The notes under the pieces: generated by a model
What the model saw: only the letters and a program-made list of their open reading frames with translations
Told to the model about the DNA's origin: nothing
The model's database searches: none
Program-made: the position numbers and the translations under genes
From: an uncultured Acidobacteriota bacterium
Lineage (GTDB): Bacteria; Acidobacteriota; Thermoanaerobaculia; UBA5066; Gp7-AA6
NCBI GenBank assembly: GCA_963764025.1
Contig: CAVXRK010000004.1
Span: 586,178-650,177, forward strand
Length of the DNA stretch: 64,000 nt
Direction of reading: 5' to 3'
In this document: positions 27,199 to 40,585 of the stretch, in pieces
Layout: each line of letters opens with the position of its first letter
Numbering within the stretch: position 1 is the stretch's first letter

Positions 27199-29780
27199 CT
27201 ACTTCAGGCCTTCGACGAGCTGGAGGTAGGACAGCACCCGCAGATAGCTGTACGCGTAGAAGCGGCCGTCGGGGGTGGTGACGAAGCGGCTGGCGCCGGC
27301 CAGACCCGCAGCATCGGCTGGCGAGACTTCCTTCCAAAGGTCGAGCCGGCCAGTGGCCGGGTCGTACCTGGAGACCTGCATCGGGAGCCGGTTGGCGTCC
27401 TGCACGAAGAGACTCCGCCCGTCCGGCGTCCAACGGATCGGGCGATGGATGGAGGTGAGGCCCGGGAGGGCCGTGGGCTCGCCGCCCCCGACGGCGTAGA
27501 GATAGATCCGCTGATCCGGGCCGCTCACGACGACGGACTTTCCGTCGGGCGTCACGGTCCCCCGGAACAGCGAGTAGCCCTCTGGAGATATCGCACGGGC
27601 CTTCGCTCCCGCGATGTCTCGCACGTACAGCCGTGTTCCGCGGCCGGCCTCGGACGCGGTGAAGATCAGGCTCTTCCCGTCCGGAAGAAAGTCGGCGTTG
27701 AACACGTCGAGGCCATCGTGCGAAAGCGCCCGGGGCTCCCCCACGCTCGTGGGGAGCATGTGAATCTGCGGTGTGGCCGTGTGGGTGATCGCAATCGCCC
27801 ACGCGCCGTCGGGCGAGAACGCCTCGGTCGAGCCATCGCCGAGCCGCACCGCCGGCGAGCCGTCGAAGCCCCGCAGGTACGCGGAGTAAGAGGGACCTCC
27901 CCCTCTCCCGACTCCGTGATGAGGATCTTGCTGCCGTCGGAGCGGATGTCGGTCACGAGCGAGTAGTCGAGCCACGACAGCTCCCGTTCCTTCGCCTCTC
28001 CCGGCCCGAGCGCAAGAATTCCGAGACGGGCGCTCTCGTTGGTCATCAGCACCCGCCCCTGCTGTGAGATGTCACGAATCGTGCTGATCCCGGGCACGCG
28101 CCCGACCAGGCGCACTTTTCCGGAAAGCGTGACGCCGTGCACGGCCCGATTGAAGCCGCCCACCGCCGCGGTGTACCAGATCTCGCCGCCGTCCGGCCTC
28201 CAGACGAGGCCCTGGGCCGTCGCATAGAGGGGCGACACGTCCCGCTTCTTCCCGGCCCGATCCACGACTGAGACAACCCCCCCGTCGTCGTTGGGGACCT
28301 GATGGTCGAGGAAGGCGACGAGCCCTCCGTCCGGGGAGACCCGAGGGTGGCTGATCCAGCCCGAGGTCTCGTAGAGAACCTTCCCGATCGGAAACTCGAC
28401 GCGACACTTCGGACCGACGTCCCGGACGATCGCCAGGTCCTTCCCGTCCGGCGACCAGTCCGCGAACTGGACGTCGTCGAGGATGTCGCGCGGTGCGCCG
28501 CCCGCGATCGAGATTCGCGCGAGCCGACCCGTCGTCACGAACGCCTTCGTGCGACGGGGAGCCAGCTTGATCGCCATCTCACCGGACCTCGAGATGGCGA
28601 GAACCTCGGCTGGGGGCAGGCCGAAGGGCCGGGATTCCGGGCTCTCCGGCCGGTTGATGAAGATCTCGAAGGGTGCCCCTTCCCAGGCGGCGGAATAAAC
28701 GACCGTCTGGCCGTCCGGCGCGAAGAGCGAACCGGCAACCTCGCCGCGCGAGAAGGTTATCTGGTGAAACTCCGGCGGTTCGACGACGCCGGCCTTCTTG
28801 CCGGCGGAGTAGATGAACGGCGATGCGATGGCCGCGCCGAGGACCGCCGCGAGCGCCAGCGCGGCCCAGGGCCGTTTCTTCCCGGCCGCCGGCAGGGCGC
28901 GCACGCCGGTCGTCGTCGCTCCGGAGAGGCTCGACAGCGCCTCGAGGTCGAACGCGACGTCGCGGGCCGACTCGAAGCGTTCTTCGGGGTTCTTTTCCAG
29001 GCAGTGGCGAACGATCCGGTCGAGGCCCGGGTGGACGTCCTTGTTCGTCGTCGAGAGATCCGGCGGCTCTTTCGTCAGGATCGCCGTGATCGTGTCCGCC
29101 GCCGTGTCCCCGCGGAAGGCGCGCTGGCCCGAGAGCATCTCGTACAGGATCGTCCCGAAGGCGAAGAGGTCCGACCGCTTGTCCGCGGCCTTCCCGCGCA
29201 CCTGCTCGGGCGCCATGTAGCCCATCGTCCCGAGCACGACGCCGGGCTGCGTGCCGCCGGAGACGGTGCCCATGTCCGTCTGTCCGCTCTCGTCCTGCTG
29301 GGTCTTGAGCTTCGCGAGCCCGAAGTCGAGAATCTTGACCCGGCCGTCCTTCGTCAGGAAAAGGTTCTCGGGCTTCAGGTCCCGGTGGACGATCCCCTTC
29401 TCGTGCGCCGCCGCGAGCCCGCGGGCAATCTGGACGGCGTAGTCGATTGACTTGCGCACCGGGAGCGAACCCGTCAGCAGCCGCGCACGCAGGGTCTCCC
29501 CTTCGAGGAGCTCCGTGACGATGTACGGGGCGCCGTCGTGCGTGCCGAAGTCGTAGACCGCGGTGATGCCGGGATGGTTCAGGACCCCCGCCGCCCTCGC
29601 TTCCTGCTCGAACCGCTTGAGGCGATCCGGGTCCTGCGAGAAGGTTGCGGGCAGGACCTTGATCGCGACCTCGCGGCCGAGACGCGGATCCTTGGCCCGG
29701 TAGACCTCTCCCATCCCCCCCGCCCCGATCGGCGCGAGGACCTCGTACGGCCCGAGCTTCGAGCCCGCAACGAGCGTCAT
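27199..29780 (-). pseudogene. STK-TolB propeller kinase paralog K2 (subtype A), single -1 frameshift in a G-run near 27895
   Basis: N-terminal 704-aa [47 protein letters not shown]...[16 protein letters not shown].. reads to ..ILITESGEGE and then shifts. The C-terminal 258-aa ORF continues GGGPSYSAYLRGFDGSPAVRLG...LQLVEGLK in another frame. Confidence 0.75.
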
Positions 29781-32361
29781 TTCAAACCGTCGACCAGGTA
29801 GAGGTCCGAGAGCGTCCGCTGGAAGCCGTAGACGTAGGAAGCGCCATCGGGAGTGGTGATGATGGGTGCGATGTCCACGATTCCCGACCCGTCGGCTGGC
29901 ATGACTTCGCGAACGAGCTCCTTCTTTCCGCTGGCGAGGTCCAGCCGATACAGGCGCCCGGGGAGGTCGCGGCGGCGGTAGACGTAGAGGGACTTACCGT
30001 CCGCGCCCCACCCGCCCGGCGACTCGTCGTCGGCGAGTCCCGGGACCGGCGCGGGCTCCCCGCCGGCGAGCGGATAGAAGTAGCGTTTTCGGTCGGGCCC
30101 GCTGACCAGGACCCGGGCGCCGTCCGGCGTCACGCCGCGGGAGAACGATCGGTAGCCCTCCGGGGTCAGCGCCCGCGGTTTTCCGCCGTCGATCGCGATG
30201 ACATAGATGCGCGGTCCCCGATCCGGCTCGTTCGCCGTGAAGACGATGCTCTTTCCGTCGGGCGTGAACGAGCTCCCGCCCTGGGTCTCGAGATCACCCG
30301 TCGCCAGGACCTTTTTCTCGCCGGCCCCCGTCGGATAGAGCGTGATCGTGCGCTTCGGGCGTCCGACCTGGACCGCGGCCCACTGGCCGTCGGGCGACAG
30401 CGCCTGGCCGCCGCCCTCGCCGAGGCGGACCGGAGGCGCGCCATCCGTGCTGCGAATGAAGGTCGAGTACGCCGGGCCGGAGCCCTCGCCGGTCTCGGAA
30501 AAGAGAATCGTCTTCCCGTCATTCGAAAGGTCGAAGAGCGACGACCAGTCGAGCCAGGCGAGCTCCTTCTCCTTGGGCTGGCCTCCTTTTCCGGCGAGGA
30601 TCCCGATGCGGATCGAGTCGTGCGCGACGAGAACGCGCCCGTCCCGCGACACATCCTGCAGCGTGAGGCTCTGCGTCACACGGGCGAGAAGGCGCTCTCC
30701 GCCGTCCAATGAGAAGGCGTGAATGGCCCGATTGCCGCCGACCTTCGCCCCGGTGACCCAGATCTCCTTCCCGCTCGGCGACCATGCGAGGCCGTATTCC
30801 GACGAGAACTCTCCGGCGAGCGAGGTCTTTTTTCCCGACCGGTCGACGACCGCGACCACCCCGCCGTCGTCCCCGCGCTGCGGGTGATCGAGAAAGGCGA
30901 CGTGATTCCCGTCGGGCGAGACCCGCGGATGGCTGATCCAGCCGGCGGTCTGGTAGAGCATCTTGCCCGCGGGAAATTCGAGCTGGTTGCGCAGGTTCAC
31001 GTCCCGGACAATCGCCAGGTCCTTGCCGCCCGGCCCCCAGTCCGCCCACTGCACTTCCTTGTGGATCTCGCGGGGAGCGACGCCACCGCTGACCCCGACT
31101 TCTGCGAGCGTCCCGCTCCGGGTGAACGGTCCGTCGTTGTGGCGATCGAGCGAAACCGCCATTTCCCCGCTCTCCGAGATCGCCAGCAGGTCCGCGCCGA
31201 CGAGGCCGAAGACTCGCGACTCGGGGCGATCCGTCCGGGTCGAGAAGAGCTCGACCGGCCTTCCGTCCCATGCGGCCGCGTAAACCACCGTTTGCCCGTC
31301 AGGCGCGAACCTCGCGGAGTAGACCTCGCCGCGCCGGAAAGTCAGCTGCTGGTAGTTCGGCGGTGGGACGTAGCCCGCCTTCTTGCCGTACCGAAATCCG
31401 GCCGCCAGGCCCGCGGCGATGCCGACCGACGCGGCCAGAAGGGCCGGCCCGATCCAGCGCGACCTCTTCGACACCACGGGCGTCGAAACCGCACCCGTCT
31501 GCGTCGAGATGCTCGAGAGCGACTCCAGGTCGAACGCGACGTCGCGCGCCGACTCGAACCGCTCCTCCGGGTTCTTCTCGAGGCAGTGGCGAACGATCCG
31601 GTCGAGCCCCGGGTGGATTTCCTTGTTGGTCTGCGACAGGTCCGGCGGCTCCTTCGTCAGAATCGCCGTGATCGTGTCCGCCGCCGTGTCGCCCCGGAAC
31701 GCGCGCTGACCGGCCAGCATCTCGTAGAGGATCGTCCCGAAAGCGAAGATGTCCGACCGCCGGTCGGCCGGCTTGCCGCGCACCTGCTCCGGCGCCATGT
31801 AGCCCATCGTCCCGAGCACGACGCCCGGCTGCGTGCCGCCCGAGACCGTTCCCGCATCCGTCTGGCCGGTCTCGCCGCCCTCGATCTTCAGCTTCGCGAG
31901 GCCGAAGTCGAGGATCTTGACCCGCCCGTCCTTCGTCAGGAACAGGTTCTCGGGCTTCAGGTCCCGGTGGACGATCCCCTTCTCGTGCGCCGCGGCGAGT
32001 CCCTTCGCGATCTGGACGGCGTAGTCGATGGCCTTGCGCACCGGGAGCGACCCGGAGAGGAGTCGCGCCCGGAGCGTCTCGCCCTCGAGAAGCTCCGTGA
32101 CGATGTACGGAGCGTCGTCGTGCGTCCCGAAGTCGTGGACCGCCGTGATGTTGGGGTGGTTCAGGACCCCGCGGCCCGCGCCTCCTGCTCGAAGCGCTTC
32201 AGCCGGTCCGGATCCTGCGAGAACGACGCCGGCAGCACCTTGATCGCCACCTCGCGGCCGAGGCGCGGGTCCTTCGCCCGGTAGACCTCTCCCATCCCTC
32301 CGGCGCCCAGCGGCGCGAGGATCTCGTAGGGACCGAGCTTGTTTCCGGCGGAGAGCGTCAT
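29777..32361 (-). pseudogene. STK-TolB propeller kinase paralog K3 (subtype A), 1-bp deletion in a G-run near 32165
   Basis: 66-aa N-terminal [47 protein letters not shown]...EQEARAAGS*; the correct continuation [15 protein letters not shown]... is in the next frame. The 754-aa ORF then carries the rest of the kinase, the TM helix and the propeller (...LYLVDGLK). ATGA overlap with K2. Confidence 0.75.
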
Positions 32362-32387
32362 TAAGGCGGCAGGATTCTAACCGCGAA

Positions 32388-34962
32388 TCACTTGACGCCG
32401 TCGACGAGGTAGAGGTCGGACAGCAGCCGGAAGTAGCCGTAGACGTAGGACTGGCCGTCGCTCGCCGGTCCAGGATTGATGTTCGAGACGCCTGCGGCGT
32501 CGGCCGGCATCAGCGTTCGCCAGAGCTCCTTCTTCCCCGTGGCGAGCTCCAGGCGGTAGGTCTTCGCCGGCACTTCGCTGCGTCGGTGAACATAGAGAAA
32601 GCGGCCGTCGGCGCTGCGCTGGTCGACCGAGTCGTCGTCGTCGAGCCCCGGTATGGGAGCAGGTTCTCCGCCCGCGAGCGGATAGAGGTAACGCCGTCGA
32701 TCCGGGCCGCCGACCACGGTCCACTTTCCGTCGGGAGCGGTGACTCCGGCCAGCGAGTAGCCCTCCGGAGTCAGGGCCCGAGGCTTGCCGCCCGCCACGT
32801 CGAGCCGGAAGACCCGCGAGCCGCGGCCCGGTTCGGCCGCCTCGATGAGAACGCTCTTCCCGTCGGGAACCCAGCCGGCTCCGAAAACCCTGAGACCGTC
32901 GGTCTTGAAGACCTTCATCTCTCCCGCCCGGGTCGGATACGCAACGAGGCGCGGATCGGAGGACGGTGCGCTGGATCGCCAGCGCCCACTCCCCGTCCAG
33001 CGACAGGTCCCGGGCTCCGCCCTCGCCCAGCCTCACGGCCGGCGAGCCGTCCGTCTTCCGTATGTAGACGGAGTACCCGGCGCCTCCTCCCTCCCCGGTC
33101 TCGGAGAAGAGGATCGTCCGGCCGTCGGCGGCGATGGCGGCGCCGAGCGTCCAGTCGAGCCAGGTCATGTCGCGCTCCTTCGTCTCGCCCGGAGCCAGGC
33201 CGACCATCTCGGAACGAAGCGTGTCGCGCGTGACGAGCATGCGGCCTTCCCGCGAGATGTCCTGGAGCGTGAGGCACCCCGGCACCGCGGCGCGGAGCGC
33301 CGCCTTCCCCGAAAGGGTGGTCACGTAGAGAGCGCGGTTGCCCCCGACCTCCGTCGGCCGTGAACCAGATCCGCCCGTCGGCGCCCCACGCGAGCCCCTG
33401 CGCCGACGCAAACGACTGCGAGGCTGTCCGCTTCTTCCCGGAGCGGTCGACCACGGCGATCGACCCGCCGTCGTCCCCGGGCGTGGGATGGTCGTCGAAG
33501 GCCACGAGCTCGCCGTCGGGCGAAACGCGCAGGTGGCTGACCCATCCGCTCGTCTCGTAAACGGTCTTGCCGACCGGGTACTCGATTCGGCTCTTTCCGG
33601 CTCCTCGGAGAGAGACGGCGAGGGCCTTGCCGTCGGGCGCCCAGTCCGCCCACTCCACCCGTTCGAGGATCTCGCGCGGCGCCGCGCCCCCGGCGACGGA
33701 GATCTGCGCGAGCGTTCCCTGGCGGCGGAACCCACTCGACGGATCTCCGGTTGAGCGACACGGCCATGTCGCCCGTTCGCGAGATCGCGAGGACCTCCGC
33801 ACCGACGAGGCCGAACGGCCGCGATTCCGGGCTCTCGGGACGGCCCACGAAGATCTCCATGGGGCCGCCGTCCCAGGCGGAGGAGTAGACGACGGTCTGG
33901 CCGTCCGGTGCGAAGCGCGCGGCATAGATCGTGCCGCGGCGGAAGGTGAGCTGACGGAACGACGGCGTGTCGAACTTCACCGTTCGGCGTCCGAGAAAGA
34001 AGGTCGCCGCCATCCCCGCGAGCGCCAGCGCGGCGGCGAGGAGGAGCGCCCGGCGCGGCCGCGACATCGCCACACCCTTCGCCGCCGCGGCGGCCGCCGC
34101 CGGGGTCGACCCGGACAGCGCCTGGAGGTCGAACGCCAGGTCGTGCGCCGAGTGGAAGCGCTCCTCGGGGTTCTTCTCGAGGCAGTGGCGAACGACGCGC
34201 TCGAGGCCCGGCGCCACGTTCTTGTTCGTCGCCGAGAGGTCGGGCGGCTCCTCGCGCAGGATCGCCGACATGGTCTCGGCGGCCGTGTCGCGGTGGAACG
34301 CGCGCGACCCCGACAGCATCTCGTACAGCACGGCCCCGAACGCGAAAATGTCGGAGCGCGCGTCGGCTGACTTCCCCTTGACCTGCTCGGGCGCCATGTA
34401 GCCGAGCGTCCCGAGGACGACCCCGGGCTCCGTCCCGTCCGCGGTCGGCAGGTTGGTTTGCGGGTTCGGCTGCCCTTCCGGCTGCGTCAGCTTCGCCAGC
34501 CCGAAGTCGAGGATCTTGACCCGCCCGTCCTTCGTCAGGAAGAGGTTCTCGGGCTTCAGGTCGCGGTGGACGATCCCCTTCTCGTGCGCCGCCGCGAGGC
34601 CGCGCGCGATCTGGGTCGCGTAGTCGGTGGCCTTGCGGACCGGCAGGGCGCCGCCCGAGAGCCGCGCCCGGAGCGTCTCGCCCTCGAGGAGCTCCGTGAC
34701 GATGTACGGCGCGCCGTCGTGCGTGCCGAGATCGTGGACCGCCGTGATGTTCGGGTGGTTGAGCCCGCCCGCCGTCTGGGCTTCCTGCTCGAAGCGCCGC
34801 AGGCGCTCGGGATCTCCCGAGTAAGACGCGGGCAGGACCTTGACCGCGACCTCGCGCTTCAAGCCGCTCGTCGCGCGCCCGGTAGACCTCTCCCATCCCT
34901 CCGGCGCCGATCGGCGCGAGGACTTCGTAGGGTCCGAGCTTCGTTCCGGCAGCGAGGCTCAC
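32388..34962 (-). pseudogene. STK-TolB propeller kinase paralog K4 (subtype B), at least 3 frameshifts
   Basis: Four ORF fragments: 34962-34860 [34 protein letters not shown], broken by an extra base in cttGaag; 34862-33321 kinase plus TM; 33925-32915 mid-propeller; 32918-32388 C-terminus ...LYLVDGVK. Confidence 0.7.
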
Positions 34963-37553
34963 TTCAATCCTTCGACCAGGTACAAGTTCGAGAGGTTCCG
35001 GAAGTAGCTGTAGGCATAGGCGCCGTTCGGCGCGTTGACCGGAAGGCGATCAGACTGTTGATCCCGGTCGCGTCGGACGGAAAGAACTCGCGCCAGAGCT
35101 CCTCCCGGCCGGTGTCCGGGATCGAGCGCGAAAAGCCGCATCGGCATCTCGGTCGAGGTCCCCTTGCGCACGAGGATTCGACCGTCCGGGGTCCAGCCCG
35201 CGAGCGAAGACGTCGTCTCGTATCCCGGCACCGGCTTCGGCTCTCCTCCGTCGACCGAGACGACGAATGCCTCGCCCTTCGGTCCCCTTAAGGCGACACG
35301 CTTTCCGTCCGGCGAGACCAGGATCCCCCGGTAGCCCTCCGCGGTCAGCGGCCGCGGTGCGCCGCCCTCGGCGTCGAAGACGTACGTTCGCGCGCCGCGT
35401 GCCCTTTCTCGACGGCGACGCGCGAGAAAGTGCCGCCCGTCGGGCAGCCATCGGGCGATCCGAACGGCGAGATCCGCCGTCCGGGACCTTCTTCGCTTCG
35501 CCGGCGCCCGTCGGATACACGACGATCTCGGGCGCGTCGGGCGCGCCCACGAACGCCAGCACGCGCTTGCCGTCGGCCGAAATGGATTGGGCGTTGCCCT
35601 CTCCCAACCGCACCGCCGGCGAACCGTCGATCGCGCGCAGGTAGACCGAATAGCCCTTTCCTCCGCCCTCGCCCGCTTCGCTGAAAAGCACGGATCGCGC
35701 CGTCGGCGGAGATGTCCGGCATAAGGCTCCAGTCGAGCCAGCTCAGGTCGATTTCCTTCGCGTCGGCCGGCGCCGCGGGCGAGGATGCCGATCTGTCCGG
35801 TGTCGTGCGAGATCAGGACGCGGCCGTCCCGCGATGACGTCCTCGAGCGTCAGCGATCCCGCGACGCGGGCGAGCGTGCGAGTCCGGCCCGAAAGCGTGG
35901 CGGAATGGAGAACACGGTTGCTGCCGACCTCCGCCGCCGTGAACCAGACCTCCGAGCCGTGCGGGCGACCAGGCGAGCCCGTTCGACGACGCGTAGACCG
36001 GGCGAGATGGTCGTCTTTCTTCCCGGCGCGGTCGACCACGGCGACGGATCCGCCGTCATCGTTGACGGCGGGATGGTCCAGGAAAGCGATCCGGGCGCCG
36101 TCGGGCGAGAACCGGGGGTTGCCGATCCAGCCCGCGGTCTCGTACAGGACCTTTCCCGTCGGGAACTCGAGCCGGCACTTGCGGTTCAGGATCCGCACGA
36201 TCGCGAGGTCCTTGCCGTCGGGGGACCAGTCGGCGTACTCGACGTTCTCGAGGAGCTCGCGCGGCGCGCCGCCGGTCGCGCTGACCCGCGCGAGCGTGCC
36301 GGTACGCGTGAAGGCCGTGTCGAAGTCGGCTTTGAGGATGACGGCCACCTCTCCCGATGCGGAGACGGCGGCGACGTCGGCGCCGGGAAGGCCGAACGGC
36401 CGCGACTCGGGGCTGTCGGGCCGGCTGACGTAGATCTCGGCCGGCTTTCCGTCCCAGGCCGCCGTCGTCAGGATCGTTTTTCCGTCGGAGCCGAAGCGCG
36501 CGCCCCAGATGGCGCCCTTGCGGAAGGTGAGCTGGCGGAAGGTCGGGGGCTCGGCTCGTTCCCTTCCCGTGGCCGAGGAAGTAGCCCAGGGCGACGGCCG
36601 CCGCGAGAGCGGCGGCGCCGACGGCGTACGGAACGACGCGCGCCCGGGCCGGCCGATCGGGCACCGCCGAAACCGCCGTCGACGCCGGTCGTGCCCGACA
36701 GCGCCTCGAGATCGAACGCCAGGTCGTGCGCCGAGTGGAAGCGCTCCTCGGGATTCTTTTCGAGGCAGTGCCGCACGACGCGGTCGAGCCCCGGCGCGAC
36801 GTTCTTGTTCGTCGCCGAGAGGTCCGGCGGGTCCTCCCGCAGGATCGCCGACATCGTCTCCGCCGCCGAGTCGCGGTGGAAGGCGCGCGAGCCCGAGATC
36901 ATCTCGTAGAGGACGGCGCCGAACGAGAAGATGTCCGAGCGCGCGTCGGCCTTCTTTCCCTTGACCTGCTCGGGCGCCATGTAGCCGAGCGTGCCGAGGA
37001 CGACGCCGGGCTCGGTGCCGTCGGCGGTCGGCAGGTTCGTCTGCGGCCCGGCCGCGCCGTCGGCCTGCGTCAGCTTGGCGAGACCGAAGTCGAGGATCTT
37101 GACCCGGCCGTCGTTCGTGACGAAGAGGTTCTCGGGCTTCAGGTCCCGGTGAACGATCCCCTTCTCGTGCGCCGCGGCGAGCCCGCGGGCGACCTGGATC
37201 GCGTAGTCGGTGGCCTTGCGCACGGGCAGCGCGCCGCCCGAGAGCCTCGCCCGCAGCGTCTCGCCCTCGAGGAGCTCCGTGACGATGTACGGCGAACCCT
37301 CGAACGCGCCGAGCTCGTAGACCGAGGTGATGTTCGGGTGGTTGAGCCCGCCGGCCGACTGCGCCTCCTGCTCGAACCGGCGCAGGCGCTCGGGGTCCTG
37401 CGCGAACGACGAGGGCAGCACCTTGACCGCGACGTCCCGCTTCAGCCGCTCGTCGCGCGCCCGGTAAACCTCGCCCATCCCTCCGGCGCCGAGGAGGCCG
37501 AGGACCTCGTAAGGACCCAACTTCGTCCCGGCGGCGAGACTCAAAGGGACCAC
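34959..37553 (-). pseudogene. STK-TolB propeller kinase paralog K5 (subtype B), multiple frameshifts
   Basis: N-terminal 361-aa kinase ORF (..[53 protein letters not shown]..). Propeller pieces in two other frames (..[24 protein letters not shown]..; ..MLFSEAGEGGGKGYSVYLRAIDGSPAVRLG..; ..LYLVEGLK). ATGA overlap with K4. Confidence 0.7.
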
Positions 37554-37698
37554 CGCACTTTCTGCCCGTCATTCCGAGGAGCGAAGCGACGAGGAATCCC
37601 GCGCTCGACGCGCCGCCGGGTGGTCCGAGCCCGGGATGCCTCGCTGCGCTCGGCATGACGGCGAGTGTCGAGAATCAATTTCAACCCTTCTAACCGAC

Positions 37699-40270
37699 TC
37701 ATTTGAGGTTCTTCACCTGATACAGCGTCGAGAGAACCCGAACGACCCCGACGATCACCGTCCGACCGTCCGGCGTCACGCGCACCGGTCCGAAGGAGGT
37801 CACACCCCCGGAATCGCCGCCGGAGAGCTCCCGGACTCGGGTCCGACGGCCGGAAGCGATGTCGATCAGGTCGAGCTTGCACGGGATCCCCTGCTGGGAG
37901 ACGTACAGGCCCTTCCCGTCCGCCGTCCATCCCGCCGGCGAGTCCGCGGGCAGGGAGGCCGCCAGATCGGTCGCGGACCCTCCGCCGAGCGGGTAGAGGT
38001 GCACCCGCGTATCCGGGCCGATGGCGGCGATCCAGCGCGAGTCCGGAGAGACGAAGTGACGCGCCGAGGAGATTCCCTCCTGGCTGATCGCTTTCGGCGC
38101 GCCTCCGGCGAGGTCCTGCACGTAGAGGCGGCTCCCCCGCCCCGGGGCGTTCGCCACGAATACGAACTTCGTTCCGTCTGGAACGAAGGCCCCATACGAC
38201 GTTCGTCCGAGGTCGTCGGGCGGAAAAGACTTCGGCTGTCCGATCTTCACCGGCACGAGCACGAAGTGCTGCGGATTCGAAAACACCCGGGTCAGCGCCC
38301 ACGCGGAATCGGGCGACAGGGCGATTCCGACGCCGTCACCCAGCCGAACGGCGGGAGCGCCGTCCGTCGGCCGCAGGTACACTCCGCCCGCCGGCCCTCC
38401 GCCTTCCCCCGACTCGTCGAACAGCATGAGCTTGCCGTCCACCGAGAGGGCGCGGTCGCTCGACCAGTCGAACCAGGTCAGATCCTTCCCGGCCGGCTCC
38501 CCGGGCCCGAAGACGGCCACGCTCGACCGGTAATCGTCCTCCGTGATCAGAGCGCCTCCGTCCTTCCTCACGTCGAGAAGCGCCGGAGTTCCCTGCATCG
38601 TCCGGATCAGCCGGAGCTTGCCCGCCGGAGTGACGCCGTAGACCATGCGCTCGATGCCTTCCCGCGCCGCCGTGAACCAGATTTCGCGACCGTCCGGCGA
38701 CCACGCCAGGCCCTGCACCGTGGCCCATCCTTCGGAGAGATCGGTCTTCTTGCCGGCGAGATCGACGATCGCGATCGCGCCGTCGTCTCCCGCCGAAGAG
38801 TGGTCGATGAACGCGATCCTGCGTCCGTCCGGAGCAAAGCGCGGATTCTGCATCCAGCCCGCCGTCTCGTAGAGAACCTTGCCGATCGGATATTCCAGTC
38901 GATCCTTGCCTCCCGTGCGGCGCATCACGGCGAGCTCGGACCCTCCCGGCGCCCATTCGGCGTAGCCGACGTCGGCCAGCACTTCCTTGGGAGCTGCGCC
39001 CGACAGCGGCACTCGGGCGAGCGTCCCGTGGAGCGCGAAGCCGTTCACGTTGTAATTCGGCTCGAGCAGGACCGCCATCTCGCCGGAGGACGAGATCGAC
39101 AACAGTTCCGCCGCCGGCAGCGGAAGCGTGGAGGATTCCGGGTTCCCGGGTCGCAGCGAGTAGATCCGGGGAGCAGCCCCGCTCCAGGCGGCCGTGTAGT
39201 AGACCGTGCTGCCGTCGGGCCCGAATCGCGCCGTGCTGACGGTGCCGCGCTGAAACGTCAGGCGCTGAAAGGTCGGCTGTGTCGACGATCCGGTGCGGCG
39301 GCCGCGCGTACAGCCCCAGGAGGGCGCCCACGACGGCCGCCAACCCCAGAAGAGCCCAGGGCCGTCGCGCGCGTTTCGCGGGGAGCGCCCGCACGCCCGT
39401 GATCGCCGGTGACGACAGACCCGAAAGCGCTTCGAGATCGAAGGCGACGTCCCTCGCCGACTCGAACCGCTCCTCCGGATTCTTCTCGAGACAGTGCCGC
39501 ACGATCCGGTCCAGCCCGGGTGGCACGTCCTTGTTCGTCTGCGAAAGATCCGGCGGCTCCTTCGACAGGATCGCCGTGATCGTGTCCGCCGCGGTGTCGC
39601 CGCGAAACGCCCTCTGCCCCGAGAGCATCTCGTACAGGATCGTCCCGAAGGCGAAGAGATCGGACCGCTTGTCGGCCGACTTCCCGCGCACCTGCTCGGG
39701 CGCCATGTAACCCATCGTCCCGAGCACGACTCCCGGCTGAGTCCCGCCCGAGACCGTTCCGGCGTCCGTCTGACCGCTCTCCGCGCCGTCCAGCTTCAGC
39801 TTCGCGAGGCCGAAGTCGAGGATCTTGACCCGCCCATCCTTCGTCAGGAACACATTCTCGGGCTTCAGGTCGCGGTGGACGATCCCCTTCTCGTGCGCGG
39901 CCGCGAGACCCTTCGCGATCTGCACGGCATAGTCGATCGCTTTGCGCGGCGAGATGGCGCCGGGCCCGAGCCGGCTGCGCAGAGTCTCGCCTTCGAGGAG
40001 CTCCGTGACGATGTACGGCGCGTCGTCGTGCTCGCCGAAGTCATAGACCGCCGTGATGTTCGGATGGTTCAGCGCCCCGGCCGCCTGGGCCTCCTGCTCG
40101 AAGCGCTTCAGGCGATCCGCGTCCTGCGAAAACGACGCCGGCAGCACCTTGATCGCCACGTCGCGCTTGAGCCGCTCGTCCCGCGCGCGGTAGACCTCCC
40201 CCATCCCGCCCGCCCCGATCGGCGAGAGGATCTGGTAGGGACCGAGCTTCGTGCCGGCGGCCAGGGTCAT
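37699..40270 (-). pseudogene. STK-TolB propeller kinase paralog K6 (subtype A), single +1 insertion near 39270
   Basis: 644-aa N-terminal ORF ([44 protein letters not shown]...TM..TADL) and 467-aa C-terminal ORF (..[16 protein letters not shown]...VLSTLYQVKNLK). An extra T in gaccTTTcag separates them; correcting it gives [27 protein letters not shown]. Confidence 0.75.
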
Positions 40271-40271
40271 T

Positions 40272-40480
40272 TCAGATTCCGGGTCCAGTAAAGAGTCGAG
40301 AGAACAGAGTGAACCCCAACGTCATCGTTTTCCCGTCGGGCGTGACGCGTGCCGAACCACGGGCTGTCATGCCGGCGAGGTCAGTGGCAGACAGGTCGCG
40401 AACGTGCGTTCGAGCTCCGGAGACGATGTCGAACGAGTGAACGAGCGACTTGCCTTCCCATTTGCCGCCGAGGCAAACGC
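40272..40480 (-). pseudogene. 3' remnant (last ~70 codons) of a further kinase-propeller paralog
   Basis: ..[56 protein letters not shown] resembles the K6 C-terminus (..LIDIASGRRTRVRELSG..VRVTPDGRTVIVG..LSTLYQVKNLK). Its stop lies 1 nt before the K6 ATG. Confidence 0.55.
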
Positions 40481-40585
40481 CGGTCTGACGACCGGCGTCA
40501 AGCTCGGCGTCGCCTCCGGCAGGCGGTCTGCCTTCGGTGGCCGGCTCCACGGTCCGCGAAGCGGACCGCTAGAGGTCCGTGCCAT

